A DNA stretch of 20,000 nucleotides. Source: an uncultured virus (IMG/VR IMGVR_UViG_3300009183_000073) (taxonomy: Duplodnaviria > Heunggongvirae > Uroviricota > Caudoviricetes). The first letter of the stretch is position 1; each line of letters opens with the position of its first letter. Where the stretch lies: the IMG/VR virus record IMGVR_UViG_3300009183_000073; one strand, given 5' to 3'. The notes beneath the pieces were generated by a model. That model was not told the origin of the DNA. It saw only the letters and a program-made list of their open reading frames with translations, and did no database searches. The position numbers and the translations under genes are program-made. Positions 17,396 through 20,000 of the stretch are shown piece by piece.

Positions 17396-17419
17396 AAATG
17401 TATTTAACTAAATAATCTT
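17396..17419. promoter_or_regulatory. Back-to-back divergent late promoters in a 24-bp gap
   Basis: cat-aaatg-TATTTA-ac-TAAATA-atctt-atg. Confidence 0.75.
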
Positions 17420-17803
17420 ATGGATCATAATTATTACAAGATATCTGATGTTTACAGGAATAGAATTCTAGGAGAAACCACGGGAGCTACAAATGATATG
17501 AAGAATTCGTATCAAACTACGGCTTCGATGCAGGGGCCAGGGAATGGGCCAGTAGCGGGGAGTCAAGGTGGGATGTCTCAGGGAGGTAATAATGTAATGT
17601 TCCCTGATGACCAAGAATTAAGTAATTCTCAAAAAGCTTCCATGCTGATAAAATTTTTTAAAATGGAAATAGATGACGGTACTTGGGACGAAGATGCCAA
17701 GACTAAATTTAAAAATTTATTAGATTACCTATTAGGATTTGAAGAATCAGACAAAGATAAGACCGAGGAAGAATTGATGAAGGCTGCTAGAGAAGCATCC
17801 TAA
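17420..17803 (+). CDS. Hypothetical late protein
   Basis: 127 aa with N-terminus ending in ILGE and a Gly/Gln-rich linker. TAAATA-N5-ATG start. Confidence 0.7.
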   Translation: MDHNYYKISDVYRNRILGETTGATNDMKNSYQTTASMQGPGNGPVAGSQGGMSQGGNNVMFPDDQELSNSQKASMLIKFFKMEIDDGTWDEDAKTKFKNLLDYLLGFEESDKDKTEEELMKAAREAS

Positions 17804-18099
17804 TCCTTATTTAGACGATTCGTCTGTGCATGTATCATACTCATGATACTATCTGCATACCAACATATACATGAACAAGTAAAAGGAAAGACTATTAAAT
17901 CTAATTCCCATCCTTCTGAAAGATATAATAAAGGAGACAAAATTAGACCTACCCAAAATCCCATACACAAACAACATTTATAAAGTTTTTCTAAACAGGG
18001 AAACCACGAAGATGTCTTCTTACGAAATGATTCTAAAATAGAACCATATTTAAAAATAAAACAAATACCTATTGCGGCTATCCAGTAGTATAAGATCAT
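17800..18099 (-). CDS. Membrane protein with CxxC motif (DUF1360-like)
   Basis: Three hydrophobic segments and an L..CCLCMGFWVG motif. Confidence 0.6.
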   Translation of the reverse strand: MILYYWIAAIGICFIFKYGSILESFRKKTSSWFPCLEKLYKCCLCMGFWVGLILSPLLYLSEGWELDLIVFPFTCSCICWYADSIMSMIHAQTNRLNKD

Positions 18100-18716
18100 T
18101 GTAATTGAATATATTTAACGTCTTCGTGATTTGTTTTTGGGCCATACGGAAGTCTAACCTCTATAACATCTTCTCCTTTAATACGATTTTTTGTGTAGAA
18201 AGTAGGATATTCCGTATCTGCTACGAGTCCAGCAATTTCATTTTGTGATGGATTGCCTTCTGCAAATCCTAATACTATATCTGCAATAACATCATCCATC
18301 AATTTTCTGTTAAGAGAAAGAGATTTGAAATTTATATTAGAAGGATTTCTGCTAGAGATATCATCTATGTCTTGTCTGATACTAGACATAAGTGCTATAA
18401 ATTCACGTCTAGTATCTCTATCCATATTATTCAAATCTATTCTATGAGGAGCTTTTACTTCTTCTGCTTCCTTATCAAATATTTCTGGATACTCTTCTGA
18501 TGTATATTCGGGTTCCCTTTCAGAAGAGGGGATATAATCTTTTCTGGATTGAGGGACGTTAGGTTTTAATTCTGGTTTTTGAAAATGTCTTCCCTTATGC
18601 CTTCCAAATTTGTATCCAGTAGCATCACCAAAATCAGCATCTGGATTAAGGTTAATCTCTTGGATTACTTTTTCCAAATAAATTTTTTGGAGTTTAGATG
18701 AATCGCTGTCATTCAT
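18096..18716 (-). CDS. Hypothetical late protein
   Basis: 206 aa with N-terminus MNDSDSSKLQKIYLEKVIQE and TAAATA-N5-ATG start. Confidence 0.7.
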   Translation of the reverse strand: MNDSDSSKLQKIYLEKVIQEINLNPDADFGDATGYKFGRHKGRHFQKPELKPNVPQSRKDYIPSSEREPEYTSEEYPEIFDKEAEEVKAPHRIDLNNMDRDTRREFIALMSSIRQDIDDISSRNPSNINFKSLSLNRKLMDDVIADIVLGFAEGNPSQNEIAGLVADTEYPTFYTKNRIKGEDVIEVRLPYGPKTNHEDVKYIQLQ

Positions 18717-18724
18717 CTAACTAT

Positions 18725-18916
18725 TTAATCCTTTAAGTTGGTGTTAAGAAAATTCTTAAGAAGATTTAATTCTCCTTTGGTTAAAACTACAGTACCTTCA
18801 AAATCATCTGTAATAGTAAATTTATCATTTTCTATTTCTGTTAAAACAGGACAGCAGGAACCAGTGCTGCACATAGTGTATTTAATCTTTTCTTGGCGGG
18901 TATTTGTTGTTTCCAT
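18725..18916 (-). CDS. Small Cys-containing hypothetical protein
   Basis: 63 aa with C....CCP...ITDD..G.V.LT..E pattern. TAAATA-N7-ATG start. Confidence 0.65.
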   Translation of the reverse strand: METTNTRQEKIKYTMCSTGSCCPVLTEIENDKFTITDDFEGTVVLTKGELNLLKNFLNTNLKD

Positions 18917-18949
18917 ACATTATTATTTACAATAAAAAATATATTTTCA

Positions 18950-19246
18950 TTACAAATCAAATAATCTTATAGCTTTTTCTACTCCATTAATATTTACGAT
19001 TAGATAATCTGTTGATTCTGTTAAAGGAGTAGAAGGGGAATACAATTCCGCATCTTTAATCATATCGGTAAACCCACCAGCTATAGAAATTATATTCGTA
19101 GCATTACCATTACCATCATCACCAGCACCATAGTATAATACTTGATCTACTTCATTAAATCCTAATTCTCCATTTAATAAACTACTAGGAGGCCCTACAG
19201 CTCCCCCCTTTCGTCTTTTTATTAAAATTTTCGATGGTAAATCCAT
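18950..19246 (-). CDS. Short protein with Mtd_N/hyaluronidase-N-like fibre attachment domain
   Basis: ILIKRR......PSSLLNGELGFNEVDQVLYYG.G is the typical N-terminal motif of phage fibre proteins. Confidence 0.65.
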   Translation of the reverse strand: MDLPSKILIKRRKGGAVGPPSSLLNGELGFNEVDQVLYYGAGDDGNGNATNIISIAGGFTDMIKDAELYSPSTPLTESTDYLIVNINGVEKAIRLFDL

Positions 19247-19293
19247 TGTTTAGATATTTATTTGATATAATGGATTTTTCTATCATATTAAAT

Positions 19294-19330
19294 AAAAAAC
19301 CTCACAGGGATTGGACCTGTGAGGTTTTTT
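19294..19330. terminator. Rho-independent terminator (bidirectional form)
   Basis: aaaaaa-cctcacagg-gattgga-cctgtgagg-tttttt. Confidence 0.9.
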
Positions 19331-19361
19331 GTATTTTAAAGAATTATACTACTTAAAAATA

Positions 19362-20000
19362 TTAAGCGTATATTAATCCACCATTTTCGATAGTAGGATC
19401 ATCAGCAGTTAAACCACCATTTTCAACTGTTGGTGATAAAGTATCATAACCAGTTGGGTCATTATTTTCATCATAAACAGGAACACCCTGCCAATCTGGT
19501 GTATTATGATATGTAACAGTCCAGTTTGAATTAGAAGTTGGTACATATTGATGTTCAGTTGCAGCACCGTTATATGCCCACTGACCAAAATGTGTTCCAG
19601 TTATCTGATACTGCTGGGGTGTTGTCACACCCGCTAACCAATCAAGGTAGTCTATTTCATAACCTAATTCTTGTGCATGACTCCATAAGCTTCCATGATC
19701 AATTGATGCATTGTAGTCTTCCACGGGAAGGATAGTACCACCATATTTGTATACATCATAACCGTCATCAGTATAATACCCAGTTGAATTTGCGTTTGAC
19801 CAAGCATCATAGGCAGCAGCAGCAGCAGCGGCAGCAGCAGCGGCAGCAGCAGCGGCAGCAGCGGCAGCAGCAGCAGCCTCTTCTTGAGCTACACTCCAAG
19901 GGCTTCCATGCGCAACTGATGCATTATAGTCTGCTTGGTTAGCTACTACCGTTCCTTGGTAGGCCCATACATTATAACCATCAGCGGTATAATGCCCATC
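19362..20000 (-). CDS. 3' part of a repeat-containing protein (start lies beyond the window)
   Basis: The frame is open from 20000 to the stop at 19362. It contains two copies of an approximately 40-aa unit G.YT.DGY.V..Y.GT...DYNAS..HGS.WS.AQE separated by poly-Ala, and a C-terminal PT.ENGGL duplication. Confidence 0.8.
   Translation of the reverse strand, partial: DGHYTADGYNVWAYQGTVVANQADYNASVAHGSPWSVAQEEAAAAAAAAAAAAAAAAAAAAAAYDAWSNANSTGYYTDDGYDVYKYGGTILPVEDYNASIDHGSLWSHAQELGYEIDYLDWLAGVTTPQQYQITGTHFGQWAYNGAATEHQYVPTSNSNWTVTYHNTPDWQGVPVYDENNDPTGYDTLSPTVENGGLTADDPTIENGGLIYA
19812..19877 (-). repeat. GCT/GCC trinucleotide repeat encoding 22 consecutive alanines
   Basis: 66 nt of agc/ggc triplets on the plus strand, counted directly. 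Confidence 0.95.

Noticed and set aside
19812..19877. Possible CRISPR-like or non-coding repeat array
   Set aside because: It is a simple in-frame trinucleotide repeat with no spacers. No CRISPR array was seen in the window.
1..20000. Alternative genetic code (stop-codon reassignment)
   Set aside because: Conserved genes are full length under the standard code, and TAA, TAG and TGA all occur at plausible gene ends.
18950..20000. Diversity-generating retroelement suggested by the Mtd_N-like domain
   Set aside because: No reverse transcriptase or template/variable repeat pair is visible in this window.

Overview
An AT-rich, densely coding segment of a large T4-like myophage genome. It holds the head module (gp4-like head-completion nuclease, gp21 protease, gp67-like core protein, gp22 scaffold, gp23 major capsid) and a free-standing GIY-YIG homing endonuclease. 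A gp5/VgrG-like baseplate spike appears split over two genes. Metabolic and accessory genes include thyX, a ClpP-like protease, a membrane-anchored PAS protein beside a holin-like 2-TM protein, an nrdA/nrdB pair with class Id-type signatures, and a Tat-signal DUF1501 protein typical of Planctomycetota/Verrucomicrobiota. Several small late genes and a partial repeat/poly-Ala protein follow at the right edge. Three patterns stand out. (1) Seventeen genes have TAAATA 5-8 nt before the ATG and no Shine-Dalgarno, suggesting widespread leaderless late mRNAs. (2) A structured leader with a uORF precedes gp23. (3) Six unrelated proteins share capsid-targeting-like N-termini. All family assignments come from motif recognition by eye; no database searches were run.
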